Source: Tubulanus polymorphus
Taxonomy: Eukaryota > Animalia > Nemertea
Length of the DNA: 64,000 bases
Direction of reading: 5' to 3'
NCBI RefSeq assembly: GCF_964204645.1
Contig: NC_134028.1
Span: 10,960,413-11,024,412, forward strand
Shown here: one piece after another, positions 45,901 to 64,000 of the stretch
How the letters are laid out: every line of letters starts with the position of its first letter
How positions within the stretch are numbered: position 1 is the stretch's first letter
Made by a program: the position numbers and the translations under genes
The notes under the pieces: model-generated
The model's database searches: none
Told to the model about the DNA's origin: nothing
What the model saw: only the letters and a program-made list of their open reading frames with translations

Positions 45901-48900
45901 ATTCTCAAACGTGTTATAACAACAGGAGGTAAAGAGATCATTCTACACGAGGCTAAAGATTCCGACCCGGGAATAACCGCCGAAAATAAACATCACCAAC
46001 GGCAACAACAACAATCGGGATTATTAGAGAAAGTGGCGCGTCAAATTTATATACATCATAAAATACATAAACTGCACGCAGAAAATATAATATTCCCGAA
46101 ACGTAAAAAACTACCGGCTAATATCACCATCGACGACAAAACCAACAATCACATGGAAACAATAGAAGAGAATTTAAACTCTCCTCGTATCGTAACTAAT
46201 GGTAACCGTGGCAGTCCGATTTCTAAACTCAATTCAACGCATTTCTTCCGTCCGGTTGACGACCAATTACAAGACTATAACACGCTGAATATAGGTGGCG
46301 CTACTACAAACTCTATAGACAACGATATCACATTGTTAGATACTCATAGCTTGAACAACCGTGAAATAAGACCAAGATCCCCAGTTCCACTGAGAGAGGA
46401 GAGTTCAACAGAACCACTGAGAGAGGAGAGTTCAACCTTACAGCCACCAGGGGGCAGTCTAATCTCACCACTGAGAGAGGAGAGTTCAACCTTACAGCCA
46501 CCAGGGGGCAGTCTAATCTCACCACTGCGAGAGGAGAGTTCAACCTTACAGCCACCAGGGGGCAGTCTAATCTCACCACTGCGAGAGGAGAGTTCAACCT
46601 TACAGCCACCAGGGGGCAGTCTAATCTCACCACTGAGAGAGGAGAGTTCAACAGAACCACTGAGAGAGGAGAGTTCAACCTTACAGCCACCAGGGGGCAG
46701 TCTAATCTCACCACTGCGAGAGGAGAGTTCAACCTTACAGCCACCAGGGGGCAGTCTAATCTCACCACTGCGAGAGGAGAGTTTGCCCTTGAAAGAAACA
46801 AAATTACAAAAATCTCAAACATTTGATGAAACAGAAAAAACTCCTAAAATTCACACAGCAGCAAAACGTATAAATTCAGATCCAGCGTTAAAAGTTTTAC
46901 AATCAGACAGTTTACGTAAGAGTTGTATGTACATCACTCAAAAAGCCGTTAATCTCAGTAGTTCGGATAGTGACGGTTTCGACCACCAGGGGGCGCTTCA
47001 CAACGAACAAGTCGAAATTATCGAAAAAGTGAAAAACTGGCAACATAAAAATGAGGACGAAAATAAAACGTCGAAACAAAGAGTTAAACTTTCAAAACTG
47101 AAGAAATCGTTGTGCAGTTCAAGGTCGTTACCTCCGGAATTCCGTCTGATGCGGACAATAGATCACCGTGACGACGATACGATGACCGCAGCAGAAACCG
47201 TATTGTTGGAGGAACGATTGAAAAAATTAAATTCAGAAAAACGTAACACGATTCACGAGGTAACGGACGATAAAATGTCATCGGTTACGAGTTCACGGAG
47301 GAGTTCACTGATCCGTCAGGGTCCGGTTACCATCGACGACACATCATTGTTATATATGTATCCATCGGATACTGATTGTAAATCAACGCAATGTAACAAT
47401 CAGGAAATTAAAATGACGACCAACTGGAATCATCCAATCAGCATCCGACGTAGACGATACCCGATAACTGACTCGATTGTTAAACAAACCAGTATCCAAG
47501 CAACAACGCAATTTCAATCATGGACTGAAGTTTTAGATGAAGCGCAAAATGATTCCACAGACAGTCAGACAGATCCTGCTAGACTGACAGATCCTGCCAA
47601 TCAGACAGATCCTGCCAGTCAGACAGATCCTGCCAGTCAGACAGATCCTGCTAGACTGACAGATCCTGCCAGTCAGACAGATCCTGCTAGACTGACAGAT
47701 CCTGCCAGTCAGACAGATCCTGCCAGTCAGACAGATCCTGCCAGTAAGCCAGATCCTGCTAGACTGACAGATCCTGCCAGTCAGACAGATCCTGCCAGTC
47801 AGACAGATCCTGCTAGACTGAGTGAGCCTGCTAATCAGACTGATTCTGCTCAACAGCCATTGCCTGCCAGTCAGACAGATCCTGCCAGTCTGACAGATCC
47901 TGCCAGTCTGACAGATCCTGCCAGTCAGACAGATCCTGCCAGTCAGACGGATCCTGCCAGTCTGACAGATCCTGCCAGTCTGACAGATCCTGCCAGTCTG
48001 ACAGATCCTGCCAGTCAGACAGATCCTGTCAGTCTGACAGATCCTGCCAGTCTGACAGATCCTGCCAGTCTGACAGATCCTGCCAGTCTGACAGATCCTG
48101 CTAGACAGTCTACAATAGATACGGGAGATTCAATGATAATTGACGAAGGCGCCCTCTATACATTAGGAACATGGGAACGACCAAAAACACAATACATATC
48201 TGGACATCGTGTAGTGTCCAGACAGCGGTATAGAGGGCGCTGTATACCGCTAGATCAGAAACTGACCAATGAAAGTCCAACGACGGAGAAGAAGAAATTC
48301 AAATATAAAACATCAGCTGCTGAATTAAGACAATTCTATGGCAGTATTTCCAGAATGGATCACAGTAAACTTCGTCATCGAAAAATAGTTTTATTCGCGA
48401 AGAAATTATCATATCACCGTTACCAACGGCGATCGCAGAGTCGTTCAACAAGTAGGTCGTCATGTGACTATAGTTTTTCTAGCGCCATCTATGAATCCGA
48501 CTCTAAATCATCCATACAACAAATGGACAGTATTGTAGAACACAAAACTAACCCTAGTTTTATAAATAGACCGGGCCTAACACCTCAGAATACTAAAGTC
48601 GAAATGGATCGTCCCATTATAAAAGGGGGTGAACGGCGTACTATCACTTTACAGTATATACCATATTTAGACTCAACAGCGCCCTCTACCGACAGAGAAT
48701 TCAATGAACCAGCCTCCCCTACTGATAGAGAATTCAATGACCTCTCGCCAGCAGCGCCCTCTAGTGTCTGTGATATGAACAGTATTATTTTATGTGAATG
48801 TGTGAATTATTCAGAGAATCGACAGAAATATTTACGTTTATTCGACCAATCAGAATTATGCACCGAATGTGTATCCATGACAACAGCAGCTACACATTAC

Positions 48901-50291
48901 AACAGTGCAGAATATTCCCATCGTTGGATCAGATCAGCAGAGTCAATGACTCCTCACAGGACTCCACTTAAACTCTTAGACCAGTCTGAAGAGTCCCTGC
49001 CTGATAACAGGACTGATGGTAACCTATTAGACCAGTGTCAGGAGTCCCTGCCTGATAACAGGACTGATTGTAACCTATTAGACCAGTGTCAGGAGTCCCT
49101 GCCTGATAACAGGACTCTAGTGTCTGGTAAAACAAGCATCCAGAGTTTAGAGGAAAATTATTGTAGTTTTGGAATTAAAAAATCTGATCGAATTGATTTC
49201 CTGAATGAATTGAATTCTTTCAGTAATATAAACTCAATTAACAACAATCACAGCTGTTTAAACAATTCAATCACCATGGCAACGTACTCAGACCATGAAA
49301 ACCAGAATAATCCGGCAAAAGATGTATCATTCTGTAATGTGCTAATAGATGGCGTAACAGTAGATCAACAAACTTCTTTACATTCCAAATATCCGTCCTC
49401 AGAGATAACAGCGCCCTCTGTGCGTCCGGCAGAGATAACAGCGCCCTCTGCGAGTCCAGCAAAGATAACAGCGCCCTCTGTCACAGAGTCTGTGCATCCA
49501 GCAGAGATAACAGCACCCTCTGCGAGTCCAGCAGAGATAACAGCGCCCTCTGCGAGTCCAGCAGAGATAACAGCGCCCTCTGTCACAGAGTCTGTGCGTC
49601 CAGCAGAGATAACAGCGCCCTCTGCGAGTCCAGCAGAGATAACAGCGCCCTCTGTCACAGAGTCTGTGCGTCCAGCAGAGATAACAGCGCCCTCTGCGAG
49701 TCCAGCAGAGATAACAGCGCCCTCTGTGCGTCCAGCAGAGATAACAGTGCCCTCTGTGCGTCCGGCAGAGATAACAGCGCCCTCTGCGAGTCCAGCAGAG
49801 ATAACAGCGCCCTCTGCGAGTCCAGCAGAGATTACAGAATGGCTCTTCAATAATCTGGCAAGTGAGGACGTATTATTTCCGGAGTATGATGAGAGTAATG
49901 ATGAGAGCGATGATGAAATTGTTCCCGGATTAATTAATCCTAGACGATGTACAGCATTCGGTTGCGGATTAAGCTATGGATTAGTGAACTGTATTAATAA
50001 TTTCCAGGTTAGTTTTAACCGTAGAAACGGATTAAAGGGTTGTAATTGTTGTAAAACAAGTTTGAATTATTGTTGCAGGTGAATTCACAGAACGCTGGAA
50101 ACGGTTTATTAACGGTTTGTATCGAAGGTCCGAGACGTCATACGGTTACCGAGACAACTGTAACATACACGGGTGATAATCTATACGAGATCCTGTACGT
50201 CGTTACTCAACCAGGATATTACATCATCAATATTAAATGGTCCGATATCAATATTCCAAACAGTCCTTTTATTTGTAAAGTCACTTATTAA
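42907..50291 (+). CDS. Large filamin-related protein: one calponin-homology domain, a filamin (Ig) repeat, a ~1400 aa low-complexity/repeat region and a C-terminal filamin repeat
   Basis: Exons 42907-42967, 44489-44700, 44774-45000 (KKQLLSWIRSKIP...WHDGIAICALIESLCPG, like filamin CH2), 45082-50007 (GSGLKVGIVG...IPGSPFQIKV) and 50079-50291 (NAGNGLLTVCIEGP...IPNSPFICKV*). The start codon is uncertain. Confidence 0.75.
42987..44055. repeat. Intronic 20/26 bp minisatellite (GGGTGGTGTATGTGTGACAGTGACA)n
   Basis: Seen directly; ~40 units. Confidence 0.96.
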
Positions 50292-50726
50292 GGATTTGAT
50301 AATCCCCACCTAACCCACTCGCCGCAGTAAGCATCCGGTTATGCTTTTATCGTTATTTTTTATGGACTTTTATTATTAATGTCAGCGTTATCAATGATCG
50401 TAACCGTGGAAACATGAAACAAACCCGACTGTTATCGATGTTTTAAAAGTCTAACGGCGTGAATAAAGTTTAAATTATAAATGATTGATCGATGTTGAAA
50501 CTGAGTTTATTATTCATTGTTTAAATAAAAAGAGGATCAAACTGACACAGAGTCGCTACGGTAACCACAGTTACTGCGTGTTTAAAAATACAACCTGAGC
50601 ATAAAATAAAAGCCTAGAGTAGTCCATTCACGATTAATATCACATTGAGTTTAGTCCGATAGTCAGTATTAGTCCATGGTTAATCCATCGTAACAATAAG
50701 AAATAGTCATCATCTACTCACTAACG

Positions 50727-54851
<4,125 letters not shown>

Positions 54852-54859
54852 AAAATAGA

Positions 54860-55230
54860 CGTCTAAAAACGGCGCGATTAATCTACAAAATGTTATCGCT
54901 TTCTTAAATAAAATTCAATTGAATTGCTGACCACATTCAATCCAATTAATTTATTGCTTCATCACCGCGGTGTGGTGGCAGCACTGTACGGTATCGGCAT
55001 CCTATTTTTACACAACGTCAAACGAAAAGTTGGATAATAGAAAACTCAATTTTTTTTACCTTTTTATTACATAAGAACATTTGAAAAGATTTCAAAAAAT
55101 AATTAAGATTTTAACAGGATGTTTATTCTAGGCATTTTAGGTTTTAAGTGAAGATAAAACTTGGTCGTTCCGCATACGATTTGACTTGGATTTCACAGTT
55201 ATCTCCGGCCGCTTGAAGCGCTGAACCTAA
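54860..55230. promoter_or_regulatory. Probable bidirectional promoter for ACP6/ABHD2
   Basis: Divergent ATGs are 385 bp apart; GGTGGCAGCACTGTACGG motif at 54974-54991. Confidence 0.6.
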
Positions 55231-55236
55231 ACCAAC

Positions 55237-57811
55237 ATGGCCGACCTTTTATGGTTAGCGGCTGTGATTTTGATTATTTTGTTGTTTTTTCGCGTGTTTC
55301 ATTTTGCAAGTCGGACGGAACCTCCTGTTTTATATCATCAACATTCACAATTCGTGAATGAAATTATTTCTTCATGTTCTTTATTGTCGCAACCGTGAGT
55401 AATTTCACTTTATCCGCCGATATTGTTATTCTCGATGACGTCATCGCCTGATTTTTAACCCTTTCTCACCTTGCATCAATTTGACTGATGTGACAAAAGT
55501 TGAAGTTTGGTTACTAAGCTTCAGTTTCATAGTGTCCAAACGTTGTGAAATAGAGTAAAATTTGGTATGGATTTCTGATCAAGCCCATGAAAAGTTTCGA
55601 AATGATTTTTGAGTTGAGTGTTACACAAAAATGTACTTTAAAGTTTTCAGGTCATGGCTTTGCTGTTGGTGAACTTTGATTTGTAAACAATTCCGATCAA
55701 CAGAAAATTCGGGTCAAAACATTTGAACTTTGGAATTTTAACCTAATATCAATAAGATTTCAATCCACAGAGAGAAAGCCTCATCAGCAGCCAACATTGA
55801 ACAATGAATGCAGCCCCATTAAAACTCCAGCATCAATAGAACACTGCCTCCCTGCTCATCACTAACTCCACTGCTAATCATTGTTTCCGTTACAGATATG
55901 TCCCTCCGTTTTTCTGGGGAAAATCTGGTCATGTACAGACAATAGTTTACGGCAAGATGGGACGAATTAAACCCCCGCTTCCCAGGGGCACACGCATCGA
56001 AAGAATCATGCCAGATGGCGCCACTTTAACATTCGATATATTCGAACCTTTAAAACCGCATCCAACAAAAGGTAAAAACAGAGTTTTTATTTAATCTGTT
56101 TAAACAAGCGATTATTATAATTAAGAGGTGATTATAGTGTGTTTCTAATTAACAGGTGATTATAGTGTGGTTCTAATTAACAGGTGATTATACGATGTTG
56201 ATATGTCCAGGTATCGCTAACAGCAGTGAAAGTACGTACATCCGAACTCTCATCGACCACGTACAGAATAACGGATTTCGAGCTGCCGTTTTAAATCATC
56301 TCGGTTCGTTAAAAGACGTCAAATTAACTTCACCAAGAATTTACACTTACGGTATGTATCGCTGACCTAGTTTCATACCTCAACACTAGGTGTCTCCCTC
56401 GTTAATGTGGATCTATTTTCAGGTGGAACCGATGAATATAAAACAATGGTTGAGTATGTGAGTGAATATTACTCCGGGAGTACTCTAATCGCTGTTGGAT
56501 GCAGTATGGGTGCGAACGTTATCAGTAAATACCTCGGTGAAAATCCCAACAATCAAAAACTGTTTCTATGCGGTTTATCGATTTGTCAGGGTTACGACCT
56601 TCACAGGTAAATAGAGACTCACTTGCCAGGGGCTGGTTTTATACTCACTTACCAGGGGCTGGTTTTATACTCACTTGCCAGGGGCATGTTTGACAGTGCT
56701 TTATATTTATAGATTTCATCCTAAAGATCGCTTGATAAATATGCCAACGATGTGAGTTTTAGAATTCAAACATTTTCATCTTTGAAAGCAGCGCCATCTA
56801 TTATCAAATCACATGAGACCCGAGCTGAATTACAGTCACCTAATCACGCATAGATTTATTAAAATCAAAGATGGCCGCCGTTTGAATGTGAAATATTGAT
56901 TTAGATTCAAATTTGATTGATTTTTGTGTTTTGTTGATTCAATTTTAATTTTCTGGGAATCTTCCTTTCTCTGACAATTAAAATCAATCTTTCGTCCGTT
57001 CAAATCAGTGAAATATCAATAATTAATTATTTGCTGTTTCGATTGATATTTCAGAATGTCCCCGTTTTTATTGAGCTTCGAACATTTACGTCGCGTTTAT
57101 ATTTACGCCATGACTCTCCACCAGGTGTCGCTACTGAAACGTAACGCGGACGTGCTGTTCGGAGGAGAGAATTCTGGGAAATACGACGTCAACAGGATTT
57201 TTAAATCGACTGATTTAAAAATCCTCGACGAGCTCTACAGCAGGTACGGTTACCACGGTTGCACGGATAACAATACGCACCGCTCAATTTTGAAATTATA
57301 ACGCGTCATAGAAACAGTATGTGTTTCTATTTTTAGGAGACGTGCCGGGTTTACAAATTTGCTGGATTATTACGCTTGGTGTAGTTCATCTAATTATATA
57401 AACAACGTAAGTTATCTAATAATTCACTCGGTAATTTGTGAAAAAAACTGTTTTAATTGTTGTCTTAAACAGATATCGATACCGATGTTAATGTTAAACG
57501 CCCTTGACGACCCGTTAGTTCCTCCAGATATGTTCGACATCCCAAAGTCTTTCATCGGTAAGATCACCAAAATCATTCGGGAAAAATTTAAGATATTGTT
57601 CGTTTCTTAAATTATGAGAGTGAATTCTTTCGTTTCAGACAAAAATGACAAGTCGTTGTTCGTGGTAACTAAACACGGGGGCCATCTTGGATTTTTTGAA
57701 AGCGCTCCTAAGAATCGACTGCTCCCTCGTCGAGTCACGTGGCTCGATAAAGTCATCGTTGATTATGCAAACGCTGTGATAAACGTCAACGAAAATATGG
57801 CTTCATTTTAG
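55237..57811 (+). CDS. ABHD2: Monoacylglycerol lipase ABHD2-like alpha/beta hydrolase, ~8 exons
   Basis: N-terminal TM, then YVPPFFWGKSGHVQT, ICPGIANSSESTYIR, SPRIYTYGGT, nucleophile motif AVGCSMGAN, NALDDPLVP and TKHGGHLGFFE. Confidence 0.93.
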
Positions 57812-58149
57812 CATTAATATCCGAGACATTTTATGGTACGAATATATGAACAATATTATGATTATATACGGCATGAATATATAGACAATATATAGATTAT
57901 ATAGAACAATATAAGCTTGATCTCACTGCGATATATTTTACTTGTTTTTTTTATAGATAGTAACACATGTTTATTTATATATAGATATATTATAAACCCC
58001 GGCTAGGGGCTTAGTGGAGGGGGGGGTTACTAGGGTTACAACACGCGAGATAAATATTTATATTCTTAATACACAATACCCGGTAGTTTTTGATTAACAG
58101 CAATCAATGACATTATTACTAGACAATAGAAAAGTGTGAAATTCCCTGA

Positions 58150-58325
58150 ATCCAGTTCAACAGTTCTGAGTTAAAACATTGAAAAATAAACTAATCTTAA
58201 CTTTAACTCGCAACTGTGGAACTGGATCCTGAGTTCAGGGCCCGGTTCCACAGTTGTGAGTTAGAGTTAACTCTGAACTCAGGATCCCCAGTTGTGAGTC
58301 AGAACTCAGAACTATGGAACTCGAT
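58150..58325. mobile_element. Two adjacent short palindromic MITE-like elements
   Basis: CCAGTTCAACAGTT...AACTGTGGAACTGG and CCGGTTCCACAGTT...AACTATGGAACTCG. Confidence 0.55.
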
Positions 58326-59577
58326 CCAGATTTATTTACTGATTGTTTACAATGAAGTAAAAATGATGGAGATAATTTTAACAAATTTTCTAGTTCAATT
58401 CTCAACACGGGTATCAAGAGTCCTCCAGGAGTCATCTCCGGGGAGTCCTGTAGGAGTCCGTGGTCTCCGTGGAGTGTGGGGCTGCAGTTGCTCAAAAGTT
58501 GGTTAAAGTTAACCAGTGGACAGTTGATATAGTGATAATAACAACAAGACCCACTTTGAATCCACTGCTGTCCGAGCTCTTGAGTTTAATGTTTAATGTG
58601 CAATGTGTATTGATATGAGAGAACTGATAAGTTGCATTCCTGATTTAATACATAGCAATGTTATATTTTTACAACTCTATTCTTCATCACTGCTGCTATT
58701 GCTGCTACTAGAAACTTACTCTGGCATGCGCGTGTGTGTGTTACAATCAGTTATTTTTGTTATTATGGTTAACACAGTTTTTTTGGAGTTGTCAATAAAA
58801 GACTTGTAGAAATTTGAAAAAAAAATAGAATTGTTTGTTATCAATTAGTTTTTTATAGAAATTCTGAGGGGTCCAGGACTGAAATAATCACAGTGAGGAT
58901 AAAACAGTTTGATATCTGGTCGAGGCACAAAGGAAATAATAACAGTGGAAATTCTGTGGAAAATATGATGGAAATTTGACATGAGAAATTATCTTTATTG
59001 GATAGTTGTAACAGTCATCGTCGCATAAACATTTCTGAGAAGTTGACAGTAATTGGGATATGAAAGTGTCACACTCCTAGAAATGTGTAACTTTCTCTTT
59101 GAATTCTGGAATGACCGATCTGTAGGGACCCTGTATATGTATCCACATATAAACATTAATTTGCATCCTGGTTGTGTTGAAATAATTTCATATTTATAAA
59201 TCTAATAGTTTATAAAATTCCACAGCTATGAATCATTCTGTTGGCACACACCCAACCTTGAGAATATCCAGATGATAATTATCTAAATATCATACGTGAA
59301 CTGATATGATATAATGAACTGATATGAATAGGCTGGATCAATGTTGAAAGGAAAACCAGAGCTGGGGGGAGAGCCTCGTAAATTAGCGATATTTTGTAAG
59401 GTGCAATGGAAAAAAGATAAAAGATGCTGAAATATTAAACGCTATGTTATATAAATGAGGACTTTGATTTTACTGGTTTGGTCTGATTCGGAATCGAAAC
59501 GAAAGACCAAAAAATAAACCCGAGCCAAAGAGAGCATTAATTAACCCTCACCAAAATAAGCAAAGAGGTAATGGCTG

Positions 59578-59757
59578 TAGCCCTAGCTCGGCCGTAACCC
59601 TAACCCTATGGCGACCGTAGCCTCATAGGCCGTAACCCTAACCCTAGGGCGCTCATAACCCTAACCCTAGGGCGCTCATAACCCTAACCCTAGCAAGACT
59701 CGAACCTAAGACCTCTAGACGGCAGCCGAGCTCGCTAACCACTAGGCCACTGCACCG
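59578..59757 (-). mobile_element. tRNA-derived (SINE-like) head followed by TAGGGTTAGGGTTA-containing repeats
   Basis: Minus strand GGTGCAGTGGCCTAGTGGTTAGCG (A box) ... GGTTCGAGTCT (B box). The acceptor stem does not close, so this is not a functional tRNA. Confidence 0.6.
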
Positions 59758-60939
59758 TAGTGATTGAGTTTGTAAATATGTCCGGTTAGTGTGGTGACTG
59801 GTGACTGTTGACCAGTCAAGTGTGGTGACCATCAGTCGTGGTGACCTCAGGTGTGGTCGACACCAAACACACTGAGTTATATTTTTTAATTAGTGGTTTT
59901 TGAGTGCATTATAATTTACTGTGTGACCGGTTGGTTTCGTATTTGCAGAATGCTCATAAAGACAAAAATTCGTATTCAATTCTTATATGTTTATGGAGAG
60001 GCCAGTGCGCGGGCTCTGATTCTCCTCTATAGAATACAAGCCCGGTTTTTAGTTCAATTGTTACTTGAACTGCTATTAAAAAACTTAATGCATTTATGAA
60101 AATAAAGCCAGGTGTTTAAAGAATACCTATTTCATACTGTTGTCAGGGTACTCATTGTTCAGTGCCAGTTTAAAAAATTCTCAAGCTTTCTCATTGTAGT
60201 AACCTGTATTTGATTACATGTCGCAACGATACCGATCAAGCGAGCTGCCTGTACTGTCGATAAATAAACGATTGTGTTCAAAACAAATATCTAAGCAGAA
60301 TCTAAAACGGCCAGTTTCGACCACTGAAATTCCACTGTGGCCGCCGCCCCGGGGGGCTGCACTTTTCCCGTGTTACGGTCACTATTTCATATACGGGTAA
60401 CTAAAACGCAACTTAAATCTATGGAGTCTTCGCGCATCAACGATTTACTGTTTATATATTTTTAAGATACACACGCAGGCCTACAATCTGAGGCGACTTC
60501 TTCGGCGCGGCGGGTGCCGGTGGGTGCCGGTGCGCCCGCCCCTGGTTTTTTAATCTTACTTGAACTGCTGTTAAACTTAATTTCTCTTTTTTATAATTAA
60601 TTGTAAATACCATTTTTCCTCCATATACCATGGAAATGGTCGGGGTGAAATAAATTCAGCCGTAAGAGTCGTATTCCCGGCGGTCTGACGCCGGAAAAAA
60701 AAGGTTTTTGGTGATAAATAGTTTGTCCTCTTTCCCAGTTAAAAGTGTCTGGCAGGCGAGTATTAAGTTAGTTCCCGCCTTTGCCGCCAACGTTGTATAT
60801 GGGGCAGCACTTGACGGTTTAGATTGTGAGAGATATAGTGGCGCGACAGGTCGACGGCAGTGGATCAGGGACCTGTCATGCCACTTCGTCGATAAAATAC
60901 GTAAAAATTCATCTCTAAAAATCGTTTTTATATGAAATT

Positions 60940-63784
<2,845 letters not shown>

Positions 63785-64000
63785 CCCCCTACAAACTCCC
63801 CAACCTTGTGTGTTCAATATTATAAATGTATGTCTACCATAGATGTAGACATTCTCTAATAATACAGTAACTTGTCTATCACAGTTGTAGACATTGTAAT
63901 ATTATTATCTATTAATGGTTTGTTTTTATTTGTTTTAATCTGATTAAAAATCGTTTTAAAAATGCATTTGTTTTAATCTCGACTCGGTTTAAACTTTAAC

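Noticed and set aside
46328-49850. Minus-strand repeat ORFs within the filamin-like exon
   Set aside because: Antisense shadows of coding tandem repeats.
59692-59757. Functional tRNA-Gly(GCC)
   Set aside because: Acceptor and anticodon stems do not pair properly; treated as a tRNA-derived repeat.

Overview
Eukaryotic (metazoan, probably invertebrate) AT-rich genomic DNA, gene-dense, with mostly 60-110 bp introns. There is no sign of prokaryotic content: no operons, CRISPR arrays or rRNA. Twelve protein-coding genes can be reconstructed from splice signals and translations: BRIX1(-), TEX9(+), ILF2(-), LMAN1(-), an FMO(-), SQOR(+), an uncharacterised type-I membrane glycoprotein(-), a secreted WAP/pacifastin-like protein(-), a CH/filamin-repeat protein(+), ACP6(-), ABHD2(+) and KAT7(+). 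Between SQOR and the membrane-protein gene lies a ~6.2 kb tandem duplication carrying orphan RCC1L 3' exons, MITEs and a captured SQOR fragment. Most notable observations: (1) at least seven tandem arrays in six genes multiply a real splice site, up to 31 copies; (2) CTCF-core-like motifs are strongly over-represented, including inside coding and repeat units; (3) an ~848 bp non-autonomous TAGT...ACTA element with 9-10 bp TSDs has three copies within 6.3 kb; (4) one gene has two alternative terminal transmembrane exons. Exon boundaries were read by eye and gene names come from recognised sequence motifs, not database searches.
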